Shown piece by piece: positions 24,374 through 36,543 of a stretch of 64,000 bases of DNA. The notes below the pieces were generated by a model, which worked only from the letters and a program-made list of their open reading frames with translations, was not told where the DNA came from and searched no databases. The stretch is from Camelus dromedarius. Taxonomy: Eukaryota. Numbering within the stretch: position 1 is the stretch's first letter; each line of letters begins with the position of its first letter. The position numbers were made by a program, and so were the translations under genes. Location of the stretch: NCBI RefSeq assembly GCF_036321535.1, contig NC_087436.1, positions 19,346,001 to 19,410,000 on the forward strand, written 5' to 3'.

Positions 24374-26625
24374 GGAATATGCTTCTTCTTGAACAGAACC
24401 ACATTCGACGAAAGAATATTCTGGCCTGGCTGGGTCGCTACAAATGAAAGAGAGGGGAGTTGAGGGCTTGTCTGGATGTTATCAATGTAGACAGCCCCCC
24501 CAGATAACCAAGACTTCTGAAACACATGGGATTTTCCTTTCGGAAGCGTGATTCAATGTTGGAGGCCAAGATATTTTGCAGAATGAAACAGATAATCCTT
24601 GAAAGTAGATTATGGGGAGAGTTATACAAGCATGTCACCCCAAAATGGACCCCGAAAAGAATAGGACTCAGATGCTAAGTCCTAAGTAAGGAAACTGGCT
24701 GAGCTGTGAAACATGTTGGCAGCAAAACTTTACTTGATTTTGATGCTGGCTCCTGAGCTCGGCTGTAAGACTTTCTACTTCTGAGCAGATTCCTAATATG
24801 CAAACAGAAAAGTCAAACTGTGAGGCTAACAGGAAATTGTACCTTCTCAGAGGTCAAATTTGCTGAAACTTTGGAATAAGGTACAAAAGGGCAAGAGGAC
24901 CAAAGACCCAGGTGAAATCAAGACCCTGTCCCCTGAAGCCAGTGACTGAGAGGGAAAATAATTTCATATCCTCATGCCTGGATTTTAAGTGCAGAAAGCA
25001 ATATAGTGTGGCAAAAATATGGGATATAAATTTAATAAAATGAGTTTTATGAGATGGGACACTGCACACAGAGCTTCCCTAATTAAACTTTATCCTCACG
25101 TTAGGGCAATTTTCTTCTTTTGGAGACCAGCCTATCCTTTATTTCTTGACTTCCTGTCCTTCTTTTTATTGGTAAAGCAATTATTTCTACTAAAACCTGT
25201 GGACAGACCTCATAAAGTGACATTGTTTTGCCCACACTCTGCATTGTTTGAAAGATATAAAGAATAAGTGCACACTTTGGGAGGGGAAGTAAATCACCCA
25301 AGCAAGTATCACTCAACATAGTAGACTGCACCCATGATTGCAATTTTAACCTAGGTTTTCTAAATGAAGATTAGAAAAGTATCCTTTTTAATGTAGGAAA
25401 ACAATGTTTGCTTTTGGAGACATTCTAGAAAACAGATTTTAGATTAAAGTATTCATTCATGAGACCAAAGGAAGATGTCCCCCCAGAGGTCCTTAAATAT
25501 ATTCTTTTGGGTCAGAAAATTGTGCTTAAACCAGTCATTACTGCTAAAACTATTTCATGAAAGCAGCTCCAAGTGACTCGTTAGCACCCATAGTTAAATT
25601 GCGACCTGTAACTCTATCTGCAGGCAAAATTAACTTCGGACTCAAGTCATTACAAACTTCTATTATGAAAAAATGTATATAAAGTTTCATCATTAAATAC
25701 CCCTCTTAGTTATTGAAAAGTCAACCAGACGTATACTGAGCCTTTTCCATTGGTAGAGTACCAGAACCAAATGGAATTTTGTAATGCAAGGCAAAATCTA
25801 CGTTAAAAGATTTGGTGATAACTTTCATAAATCACTTGCTTTATTATATACTGGGTTAACTTTTGGATAATAGATGAATCGATGGCTAGATAGATAGGTA
25901 GATAGATATTTGGGAGGAAGTTAAGAATAGTGAGCTCTAGTCCTTTCAAAAAAAGTTGTATCATCATTTGTAGAAGGGGGTGGGACAGATCATACCACTA
26001 GGTACAGTTTTCATGTTCCTTTAAGCTAAAAGATGCTAAGCTAGAGTTTAGGAATATAACATATCCGTAAAAGAAATTACAAAGTCAGTATTTCTCAAGC
26101 TGTCAGTATACACTACCTGCTAGAACTCTGTCTATAAAGCAACGCCCAATGATGTTGGTGATAGCCTCAGACTGGTTTTCTTTGAAAATATAAGACTAAT
26201 TCTGATTTATGGACCACTAGATGCCATGTGGATACAATTGTCACGAGGAGACCACAAGCATTTCAAAGCCACTTGTCCAAGACAGATTCAAGAAGCTGTC
26301 TCTGCAAGGTGACTTGTTTTTGCTATTTGATTGTTTTTCATTAAAAAGAAAAAAGCGTGCAGGGATTTTGCCATCACAAAGAGGGTGGAGAACTGTTCAG
26401 GGAGAGAGTGGAGGTCAAACTAAGAGGGAGATGGATGAAGACAACCTGAAGAAAGGAACCCTATTCTTTACCATTGTAGTTTTTCTCCCAGAAATAAAAA
26501 TTTGTGACTATAAATACAGGTAGATTACTTGCTGTGGGCTATGTTAAATAGAACCTAAATAAAATGATGCCAAGTGTGGATTCAATCACCGTCTTTTAGC
26601 ATCATGATACAGGCTTTCTTAATTT

Positions 26626-26830
26626 CTTTTCAAAGTACCTTTTCCCATTGTTTAAAAAATTTTTTTTAAATTTATTTTTTGAAGAGTGACATTTATTTAG
26701 GTTTTTTGAAGGGGGAGGTAATTAGGTTTATTAATTTATTTATTTCTTAATGGAGGTACTGGGGATTGAACCCAGGACCTCGTGCAGGCTAAGCATGAGC
26801 TCTACCACTGAGCTATACTCTCCCCCCCCC
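26626..26830 (-). mobile_element. tRNA-Ala-derived camelid SINE with extended 3' tail
   Basis: Full head and cctaattacctccccc block; perfect 16-bp TSD caggctttcttaattt (26610-26625, 26831-26846). Confidence 0.93.
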
Positions 26831-28109
26831 CAGGCTTTCTTAATTTTCAAAAGCAGAATGGGAAAATTTTTAAAGCGATCTAGTGTTCAGGAATATTTTA
26901 CTTACTATTTTAATAAACCTTTGTTTATGCCTAGAGGTGCCATTAAATTACCAGCCAGACATGAATCCACGGCTCACTGGGGACTGGCATATATGCAGTG
27001 ATTATTGCTGGGCGTTTCATTTGGGGCTCACACAGCTGTCTATAAACAGCTACTAGACAGAGATTAAAAAAAAAAAAATCTGGGCTTCATTTATATCCCA
27101 AGATTGTTTTTCTCACACACTTGGAGATGAATAGGTATTTACGATAAGGATCAAATAATCACAATAGCAGACTTTTAAAAATAAGGTGTCTTTAGACTTT
27201 TTTTCTGTGATTACAGTAGAGGATGACTTAATTTTTTTTTTTTTTTTTTTAATTTGAAGAAGTGACTGAAAATACGCTGGTTGATGCTGAATAGTGTGTC
27301 TTGCCCTTTTTCGGTCTACAGTTGAGAGCATAGCATCGAGTCAGGTTAAGGGACTGGTATACCTGGGGTGACCAATGAGGAGACACTGATTTCCACCTGT
27401 GCAAATACATGCCAGTGATTATGTATTTCAGAAAATCAATCAGAACATTGCGATGAAACCAGAGCCTGAATGTGTTGTGTACGTTCAGTCTAATCACAAT
27501 AATTAAATTATAAATAATTCATCATGTGTCAGTGCAATGGGTTAAATGGCATTACATGTCTTTGATGGGTGATCTTGATTTTTTTTTTTTTCCTAGCACT
27601 TAAAAAATAAGAATGCTACCAAGATGCCATGATACATAGCTCTAAATGGTCTTTTTTTCAAAGTTTATAATTCAAATCAGAGCATAGAGATTTAAAATGC
27701 GTTTTTATATTGCTTTCAGGTGCTGGAAGCAAATATCATAGCAGCAGGATGAAAAATCAGAAAGCGATACTGGCAAAATGGTTTTCCTCTGCTAAATGGA
27801 ATGTGAGAACATTCCTGACTTCAAGAACTGCTGGAACTGAGTCACTTCCCATGCGGCTCTCAGAGCCCTTGGCAGCAGCTCTATTGGGTTTCCTGGCAGA
27901 GTTTGGGAAACGTGGTTATTGAAGGCCTGCTTTGCTTACTTTTAAAATATAGGTGACAAGATCAATGATTCAGGTAAAACTTGAGTAATAACTGAGTTTT
28001 TCCAGCATCACTAAAAATGTAATATGTCTATAGTAATTACCCCCAATTATGCGCATACGTGTGTATATAAACACTAAAAATAAACATTGGATAAAATGCA
28101 AAGGGAAAT

Positions 28110-28690
28110 GTAAATTGTTAACCACATTTGAGAATGCAACTCCAGACATCTCAATTAGGATTACACTTAGACACAACCCCTCTCCTAGCAATACCATAAA
28201 AATTAATCTACCGGCCCATAAGGGTGCATGTGGAAGGATGTTTACTCTTCAAAGAGGCAAAAAACAGGACAAGTAAATTGTGGTTCATTCATACCGTGAA
28301 ATGTTACACATTCCACTAAGGAAAACGTGTTAGGTCTGTATTAGTTGATTTGGAGGGATTTTTACACTGTGCATTGAAGTGAGAAAAACAATTTTCCACC
28401 ATTTTTTACAGTAGTGGTGAAAAGGGATGGGTAAGAAAGGGAGAGGAAGGACGTAAACAATTAACAAAATGTTTTGAAGAGTATTCTCAATAAAATACAT
28501 GTATATTATGATACTATTTGTTCAAAATTTTATATGTAAGTCTGCATATATTAATCTGAAGAGATATATTAAAGAATGGTTACTAAAGTTTTGGTAGTGG
28601 TTATCTTAGGTGATTTTTAGTTTCTTCCTTAATTTTTTTCCTCTGGTGGACTACAGTATAGCATATTTTACTTGTAAAATGAGATTGAAA
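28110..28690 (+). mobile_element. Ancient L1 (L1ME-like) 3' fragment
   Basis: gtaaattgttaaccacatttgag...gtaaattgtggttcattcatac...gtagtggttatct...gcatattttacttgtaa. Confidence 0.55.
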
Positions 28691-29260
28691 AGAAAATTTA
28701 AAGAATCATCTGTAAAACAGCAATTTTAATGTTCAGTTTAAGAAAAAACATCTAAAATCTGCAAAATACAGGATATATAAACAGACTTTTGAAAAGCCAA
28801 AGATTAATATTATGCTCTCAGATATAAGACTTGATATATGCTCCAGACAACCAGAAAAAAAATTTCTGATTTGGCAGATTTTCTTAATTGCATAAAGGAT
28901 TTATATTACGCTGATATGTTATGGTCCAAGCTCAAAGAGTAGGCCATTTGCAAGCTCTACTCCTGTTCAAGGGTCCTTAAAACCAACTAGAATATCTGCC
29001 AAAATGGGATATTCAGTCTTTGAAATGTTGGGGTTTGATATGGAAAGTCAGAATGTATAGCAGAACGTGGTCCTTCTGGGGCAGGAGTTAAATCCTCGTT
29101 CCTTCCAGGGACTTGGAGCACACAAGTCCAAGGTTTCCAAAACCCCGCGAAAGCCATCTAGAGATATACATGCGTCACAGCACCATGGACTTTTCTGGGT
29201 TTTGAATATGGTGAAATGAGTATCTTAGTTGCCATTTACAGAAATAACAATAATGTCTAC

Positions 29261-29698
29261 TGTAAGGGAGGAAAAGTATTTTTCCCCTCTGCCCTTCTAA
29301 GTTCTCAACTGGGGTCCCTGTCACAAAAGATAAACTAGAGAAAAGCACAGAAATGCAAGTTTTACAGAACACTGGAGACTTCATAAGGAAAAAAGACCCA
29401 AAGAAGCAGTTAAACCTGAGCATTGTTATGCTAGTTTTGATGAAGAGAGGAGAGGAGTGGGAAAATGTGATAAGACAAAAAAAAAAAAAAAAAAAAAAAA
29501 AGCAGGGGGAGGGCATCTCTTCATGTCCCTCTGTCTTTGCAGGTAAGGATGTTCCTCTCATATGGCGGTTTTGTGACTTGCCTGAAGGGAAGGTCAGAAA
29601 GTCCTTACTTTACCTGTCATTTCTCATATTCCTTAAACTTGGAATATTCAATATGGGCAGGTGCCACATTTTGGAGTGTTGTGTCCTGAACCTCATCA
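29261..29698 (-). mobile_element. ERV1 solo LTR (MER34-like)
   Basis: TG...CA ends with 4-bp TSD CTAC (29257-29260, 29699-29702); reverse strand starts tgatgaggttcaggacacaacactccaaaatgtgg like the MER34 group. Confidence 0.85.
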
Positions 29699-29994
29699 CT
29701 ACCATTTGCTGATCACTGAGATAAGTGCTTTCTACACATTATCTAATTTTAACCCTGCAACCGCAGGTAAGTCATACTCTCTGCATGGCTTGCTCTCCCA
29801 AAGGGCAGCTCCTCTGGGACACGTCCCTAAGTCACCAAGCCTGGTTTAGACTACTTCCGCCTGGGGCAGCAGCCTGGGTCCAGTGGTTCTAGTTGGGAAC
29901 CATTAAAGCCTCTGAATTTCTCTAGAATTTCTTAGGTGCTCAGTCAACATCTGATGAATAAATAAATTCGTTTCACTTCTCCAATAATGTTGGG

Positions 29995-30155
29995 TCTTGA
30001 GTCTCAATTTCTTTGTCTGTTCCCCTTGTTTGTTCATTTATTCATTCAACAAATATTTATTGAGCATGTACTACATTCCAGGCCTGTTCAAGGCCTTTGG
30101 GATGTGCCAGGGAACAAAGAGACAAAATTCTGGCTTCCCTGGAACTTACTTTTTA
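29995..30155 (-). mobile_element. L2 3' end
   Basis: ttcatttattcattcaacaaatatttattgagcatgtactacattccaggc. Confidence 0.7.
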
Positions 30156-30506
30156 GTCACTAAAATCTTAGGTTCTTTTTTTTCCACCTAGTTTCACTGG
30201 TTGCCATAAAAATAGTACCAAATGTAAACACTGTCTTAGTTTCCTCTATGGCACTTTAAAAAAGTAGGTATGCTCCTTAAGAATAATAGGAATCAGACAA
30301 AATCTTTGACATTTCATTTTTTTGGTAAATATTTAATTCTGTACTTGAGTTGTCCTCGACGGCTGAAGAAGTAAAATGGACATTTCTATCATTGTTAAGC
30401 TAATGATAGAAATGCCTATTTAATAAAACCAATGTTCTTATATATAAGGTCATGATAAAGCATATTTAAACCCATTTTCTCTATTCCTTGGTAGTACCGA
30501 TAGATT

Positions 30507-30996
30507 TGTAACACCTGAAAAATGGTTTTACCAAGCTTAAAATATTAACTAATCAGTCAGTCTAAGAAAGAAGTGGAAATTTTTATCTGAGCCAAATTTG
30601 AAGATTATAACCCAGGAAGAGCATCTCAGAAAGCTCTGAGAACTGTGCCACTGGGTAGAAATCAAGGCACAGTTTTATAAGTTTTTTGAGACAGAGGGCT
30701 GTACGTCAAATGACGTACTAGTGACAGTTTTCACAATCCAGATCTAAGCATCATCCTGGTGGGTCATGTGACTCTGTACAAGATCAAGAAGGAATGTTAT
30801 CCTTTAAGGAGTTGTGCTGTTGGCACTAGAATGTTGTTCCTTATGGCTGAGCAGGTGTTCCTGCCAGGGGGGAGGTTTGGTCCATGCATAATGCAGATAC
30901 ACACTGCACAGTGGGGGAGAGGAGGTCAAAGGGCAGAGAAGAATTTTATATGTTTAACTTTTTGTCCTGCTGTAAAGTATGAATTTATTTCGCACA
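30507..30996 (-). mobile_element. Probable ERV solo LTR (boundaries approximate)
   Basis: tgtaac...cgcaca ends; gattataacccaggaagagcatctcagaaagctctgagaactg is typical of reverse-oriented cetartiodactyl ERV1 LTRs; no clean TSD found. Confidence 0.6.
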
Positions 30997-31818
30997 TCCC
31001 TTACATTCCTTTCTCAGGAAAAAGAATGTTTGCAACTGCCCACGCACAAGCTCTTCTCAGGAATCTGATAACTTGATTTGTTTGTTTTTGAACCCAAGGC
31101 TAACCCTGGGCAGAGTCCTCAAACCACTCTGAGTTTCCTTAGTAGTAAAATGGGGACAATAATACCTGCTCTGTCTGTGTTATTATGAGATGCAAATGAA
31201 TTCATGTGGCTACTGTCACTGTAAAGTGCTACATATAATTATACATAAATTATATGTATAATTTTTACTTGGTACAACTTAAAAAATATAAAAATGGAGA
31301 CTCTTAACAACACCTGATACGTATTAAATAGTTTTAGAATAAGAAAAATTAAATTTAGTGATAATTTCCAAATATGCTCCACCTTCAGGAAATCAATGCC
31401 AGACACTAAGAATAACCAATTTTAAGTCTACATCGACCTTAGAGATGGTCTAAGAATAAGGAAAACTCAAGAATTCACTTCACTGCCAGATAGAATTTAC
31501 AGTTCTTATAGAAAACCAAAAGGCAAGGTTAAGCTGCTGGGAAATTGTAATTCTTTTGGTATTTCCCCTTGATAATTTAACTGGACAGGTGAATACAAAT
31601 ATAAAAAATAAGGTGACATTCAATGTAGATAAAGAGAAGATTTTTATACAAAGCGCAAGATTCAAACTGATTCTTGGCATTTATGGGGTAATCCTCCCCA
31701 GGGGACACTCAGGCAGCGAGGACGGGTCCCACAGCTGGGCCTTTTCGTACTTTACTTAACAAGGGCTCTCCTAGAGTCCACAGGTGCTTAGACACTGGTC
31801 CGGCACATCTGATCCCCC

Positions 31819-32340
31819 TGAGATAGAAGGGAAGGGGCAGGACACAGCTACTAAAGAAACGACACAGCAATTAGCACCAAGATGGCAGGAAAGTCAACTC
31901 CTCATAGACCTGGCAGTCCAAGATGGTGGGAGATCTGCTCTCCAGTGGACCTCGAGCTTCATTATAAAGATTGTAATGTATGAGCATGGTGAATGGCATA
32001 CCCACGGGCAGTAGGGCAGTGGCCCAACTCCTGCGGATCCTCGCCCCTTCTCTAAAGTAGTTGGAATAGTTCTCTCACTTATTAGTATATGAAAACTAGC
32101 AGCACTGCACCTCCCTCACGGTTGTTCTCTCTCTTGCCTTCCCGGACGGTCTACACTCTGTCTGTGGAATGTGTATCTACACCCCCTCCCCGGTCCATCT
32201 CTCTAAATAAATCTACTTTTACTCTTGAATCTTTCCTGCATGAAGTCAAGGACTCTCACTTGGTGGGGCACATCCCAGGGAATCAACCAAGACCTGGGAC
32301 ACAGACATCCCCTTGCACAGAACACTTTTTTCCTGTTTAT
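31819..32340 (+). mobile_element. MER41-like cetartiodactyl ERV1 solo LTR
   Basis: tgagatagaagggaaggggcagg start, duplicated ccaagatgg, aaataaa polyA signal, gaatctttcctgcatgaagtcaaggac U5. Confidence 0.75.
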
Positions 32341-32623
32341 TTCCCAGGGCACAGAGACCTTTGATTTTCTCCATCTATGGTTGGCAAGTTCTCCTTGGCT
32401 TCTTGGCACAGGGCATTCCCCATATCAGAGGCTAGGTGTGTGGGGGCTGGAGACACGATGGGGGCGACCTCTCTGTCCCAGGGGTGTCAGCAGCACTTCC
32501 TAGATGAGGAGACACTTAAAGTGAATCCTGAAGAATGAGTCGAAATTGTGCAGAAGCACAAAGCTACTGGGAGGAGAGACGATAAACCACATGTATAAAA
32601 ACAGGAACAGATCCTGAATACAG

Positions 32624-33245
32624 GGTTGCCAAAACCAGGTTCGTGTGCCCCAAGTAGTGAGGCCGAAGAAACAAAAACGTCAGAGTTTGGAGCAGAGAGG
32701 CCTTTATTGCATGAGCCAGGCAAGGAATACTGGCAGCTTGGGCTCAAAGTCCCCGATCTTCCCTATGGTTTTGGGGGAAGAGTTCTATAGGCAATATTTG
32801 CAGGGGAGGGCTGCAGGGTGTGTTACCTTCCTCTGATGGCTCAGTAGTGAGGTAACAGGGTGGTGTTCCAGGAATCATCGTTCTGGTTCTAATCAATCCG
32901 GGGTCCCCTCGCTTGTGCTCAGCCTGGAGTTACCATCCTCCACCTGGGTGGGGACCTCGGCTTCTGTAGAAGAACTCAGAGATTTGTATCAGATTGTTAT
33001 GTATATTCTTTGAGGAGGAAGCAGGACCTCGCCCCATCCACGCACTATTGTTTCTTGACAGCATTTCTGCATACCCTCAAGCCTCAAATTAGCAACTGTT
33101 TGAATCAGCCCTTTGGAACTCAGGGAAGGTCTGCGAGGTTGAAAATATTTTTCCTACAAAAAGAAAGGGCCAGGGAGGAGGGTGGACAAAAGCACAAAAA
33201 GACTTTTGTGCCCCGAAGGGCCCCACAGGGTCTTGCTCAGTTTCA
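32624..33245 (-). mobile_element. ERV1 solo LTR, reverse orientation
   Basis: gagtttggagcagagaggcctttattgca (reverse AATAAA), ends ggtcttgctcagtttca. Confidence 0.75.
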
Positions 33246-33974
33246 AGACAGCACTCCCAGGCTGACCATAAAGGGCCAAAGAGTGGGCAGGGCCCGGTTC
33301 CTGGCAATCCCCTCCCCTTCCCTCCGATAGTTGGAATTAACTACCTTCTTCAAAGTTTAAGTTTATATACACCTTATATATATATAACATAGCTGTATGT
33401 ACATATATGTGTGTATATACATATTTATACGAAAAATATAAATGTCAATGTATTTTTTTCAATCATTTGATGCAGGGCTAAGGCTTTTTCTTTGATTTTT
33501 GTATCATCTTTTTTTTTTTAGGTTTTTTAAAGGTTTCTTTCTCTTATATTTGTATCATCTTTCTTAAATAACCACAGCTATATGCATCATCTACAATTTT
33601 CCGTTTCCATTTCTTTTAGATACAATAAGAATTGTGATGCAGTCTCAATATAGAATGCTAAATTTGTATTTTTCCCAATATTTTGCTGGCGCCCCACCCA
33701 CATATACATGACAGCAATTTTTAAGCAATGTTTCCAAAGCATTCTAGTTAGTCTTCATAGAAACAATAAACTTCTTTCTTTTGTACTCATATATTATTAG
33801 CCCAGGTAGTATTTAATTAAATGATATAATTTAAATACCAAGTGCAAAACTGGTTTGGGAACAAATACAACTGACTTTTGGTAAAAGAATTCTTGCTATA
33901 TTCTTGAGTAACTTCACATTAGCGCAGAAAGGCAATCCCCAAGCAGCTCTTACCTGGAGTTTAAGATTTAAAAA

Positions 33975-34165
33975 GGTCTGGGTTGAATCCAGACTCTAGC
34001 TTACTTTCACAAGCTGTGTGACCTTGAATAAGTGGCTTGTTTCTTCTGAGCTCTGGTTTCTTGGAAGGTAGCATGGTAACCATAACTCCCAAAATTCAGT
34101 GCATAGATGAGCCCCTCTGAAAGAGCTCTTGGTACAGCGTAGGTAATACTCAATAAATGCTCCTT
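33975..34165 (+). mobile_element. MIR SINE
   Basis: ctgggttgaatccagactct...agctgtgtgaccttgaataagt...actcaataaatg. Confidence 0.7.
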
Positions 34166-34540
34166 CCCTTATTTCTTGGTGAAAGAGATACACTTCTATT
34201 ATCATCACCCCTCCCAACATTTTTGTCAATTGTATATTATGTATATTATGAAGAGCTCTCCTAAATAATTTAAACAGTCAAATCAAACTGCCTTAATCCT
34301 TGGAAAGAAAAGGTTCTCAGGATATGCTTACTGGGTTATCCTCATCCCTTGGAAGTGCTACAGGATAAAAATCAGTTGTTCTCTGATCAGGAGACGGGTG
34401 AGTATTTCAAATAACAGAACTAACATTTCATGGGCTCATGGTCCAGGTGGCTCCATGCCTCCCCTCATTCTTTCTCTATAGTGATAATAATAACTGTAAC
34501 TGGAGAACCAGAGAAAGAAGAAATCAAAAAGGAAGAGTCA

Positions 34541-34666
34541 GGGGGAGGGTATAGCTCAAGTGGTAGAGCGCATGCTTAGCATGCACGAGGGCCTGGGTTC
34601 AGTCCCCAGCACCTCCTCTGAAGACAAATATACCTAATTACCTCCCTCCATGAAGGGGAAAAAAAA
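34541..34666 (+). mobile_element. tRNA-Ala-derived camelid SINE (Vic-1-like), near-intact head
   Basis: gggggagggtatagctcaagtggtagagcgcatgcttagcatgcacgagggcctgggttcagtcccc + cctaattacctccc + A tail. Confidence 0.92.
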
Positions 34667-36452
34667 GGGTCTTCTACACAGTGGGCTCATTTTATAGCCT
34701 TCTCTTTCCATACTCCTTTCTTTTGCCCTTAAGAAAGTGTTATTTTCTTGGGTCAATTGAATTACGCCCCCAGTCGTTTGCGAGAGCCTGAATATTCACA
34801 TGCAAACCTAACAGGCCTACTCCCGGGTCCAGTGTGAGTTCTATTCTGGTCTGTAGAAAGCCTTTGTGTGCTTTCATTTGAATACTGAGTCTGGTGATGA
34901 TGGGGAAAGCGATATGGGCTATTTTCTCTCGCAGAGGTGTCATAAGGATAAATGAAATGATATTCATACAGCACTTTAGGATCTTCTTACAAAATGCACC
35001 TTTGTAAATATGACATATTCTAAAAGACCAGTGACTGCAACTTCTATTTAAAATAAAAATTGCTGACAACAATTTCAACCCCAGAAAGTAAACACATCAG
35101 CTTGAAATTGAAGTGCACTCTGCCAGGTAGCAGCAGGCTGATCGTCTTTCTGGGTCCTTACTGCACATAAGGCTCAATGTTCACGTGGGTCACTGTGTGC
35201 GGTTCATCCTGCTCTGCTATTTGGCAGCATCGAAGGGCAATGGCCTGGCTCTGTGCTCTTTGTGATCCAAGAACATTTGGAAGCGAGCCTTAGTTTCAGA
35301 ACCTCCAAGAGCATTGCTGTCTATCTCACAAAAACAAAAATTAGAGACATCTTGAGGCTATTGAACTGTAGTAGGGTCCAAGTCTGCTCTTGTGATTAAC
35401 AATAGGGGCACATTAAAGCTATGCCATCAGGATTACTCTGAAACTTGATCAGAGACAGGAGCAAACCCCTCACCCCTCAGGTGGCCACAGTCTGAAAAAG
35501 AGGCTGCGTCCTGGAGCACATTTGGAGCTATGTGTATGCAAACACTGTATGTTACCTACTTACGATACACTGGGGGTTGTTCTAACACTGTCACCAGGCA
35601 CTATCACCCAAGAGGTGGCCTGGGGCTACCAGAGATCACACACTCAGTTAGCATCCTGGGTCGGGGGTGATGGCCTGGCAGCGGTGGAGCTTTGTGAGCT
35701 GACAGAGTGCCAAGCCAGCCAGTGCAATAGAGAGAACTGGAAAGAGAATCAGGCTTGAAGAGCGCAATCCTGGGAGAGACTCTAGGCAGCTCTGCAAGTG
35801 GGGCCCGGCTCTACGGTAGCGTAGTATAAAGGTTCACAGACTCAGCAATGGAAACACAGGAACTTCAGCCAGAAGCACAGGAGGAGGATGGCAACCACTG
35901 AAACAAAGCAGCTTCTCAACACGTCCAGCCATGGCAGCTGCGGGTGCACTTGCTTGCTTACAGCCTCGTTCTTTGCGCTCCACCGTGGGTCTCCTTAGGT
36001 CCCTTACCTCCCTGATCTAAACCTGCAATGAGGCATCTATTTAAAAATTCACAGAAGAAAAACACAACCTAAAAAATCGCCAGTGATTTCACTCCTGGTT
36101 GCTGACACACGAACAAATACACCAAGTAATATCTCAAAAATATTGTGCTTGTTTTGAGAATTTTGAATTTCACGTTTGGAGATTTTGACATTCTTTTTAT
36201 ATCTGTTATGTGACTTCAGAGAGGGTGTTAACATTTTGATGTTTCTATGTCTATCTTTTTAAAATCAGAAAAACTGTATATGTTCTCTGTGCAAAGATCC
36301 TAGAAAGTCACTAGATGTCATGCCATCATTTTATGTTTATCATGAAAAAGCCTGAGCCTTTTCTCCTATCCTAAGTCCATTCCACAAATATTAATGTTGA
36401 GGATCACTGTTCTCCTTTTTAAGAACAGGAAGAAAGACAAAACACAAGGAGA

Positions 36453-36543
36453 GGGGAGGTAGAGCTCAGTGGTAGAGCACATGCCTAGCATGCATGAGGT
36501 CCTGGGGTCAATCCCCGGTACCTCCATTAAAAAACACACACAC
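36453..36543 (+). mobile_element. tRNA-Ala-derived camelid SINE, short form with (CA)n tail
   Basis: tRNA head then aaaaaa(ca)n; TSD acacaaggaga (36442-36452, 36544-36554). Confidence 0.92.

Noticed and set aside
26631..26646. 13-nt match between this SINE tail (aaaaggtactttg on the minus strand) and the target site of the SINE at 48251-48263
   Set aside because: Short and A-rich, and the flanking tail sequence does not match, so a parent-offspring link is unsupported
31237..31263. 11-bp-stem hairpin aattatacata...tatgtataatt
   Set aside because: AT-rich low-complexity palindrome; no support for function or for a miRNA precursor
34541..34617. tRNA-Ala(AGC) gene
   Set aside because: It has the SINE-specific gggga 5' extension, the cctaattacctccc block, an A tail and T-loop changes; one of about a dozen SINE copies in the window
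35480..35990. GC-richer unique-looking block, possible exon or old LTR
   Set aside because: No convincing splice sites, protein similarity or LTR termini recognisable by eye
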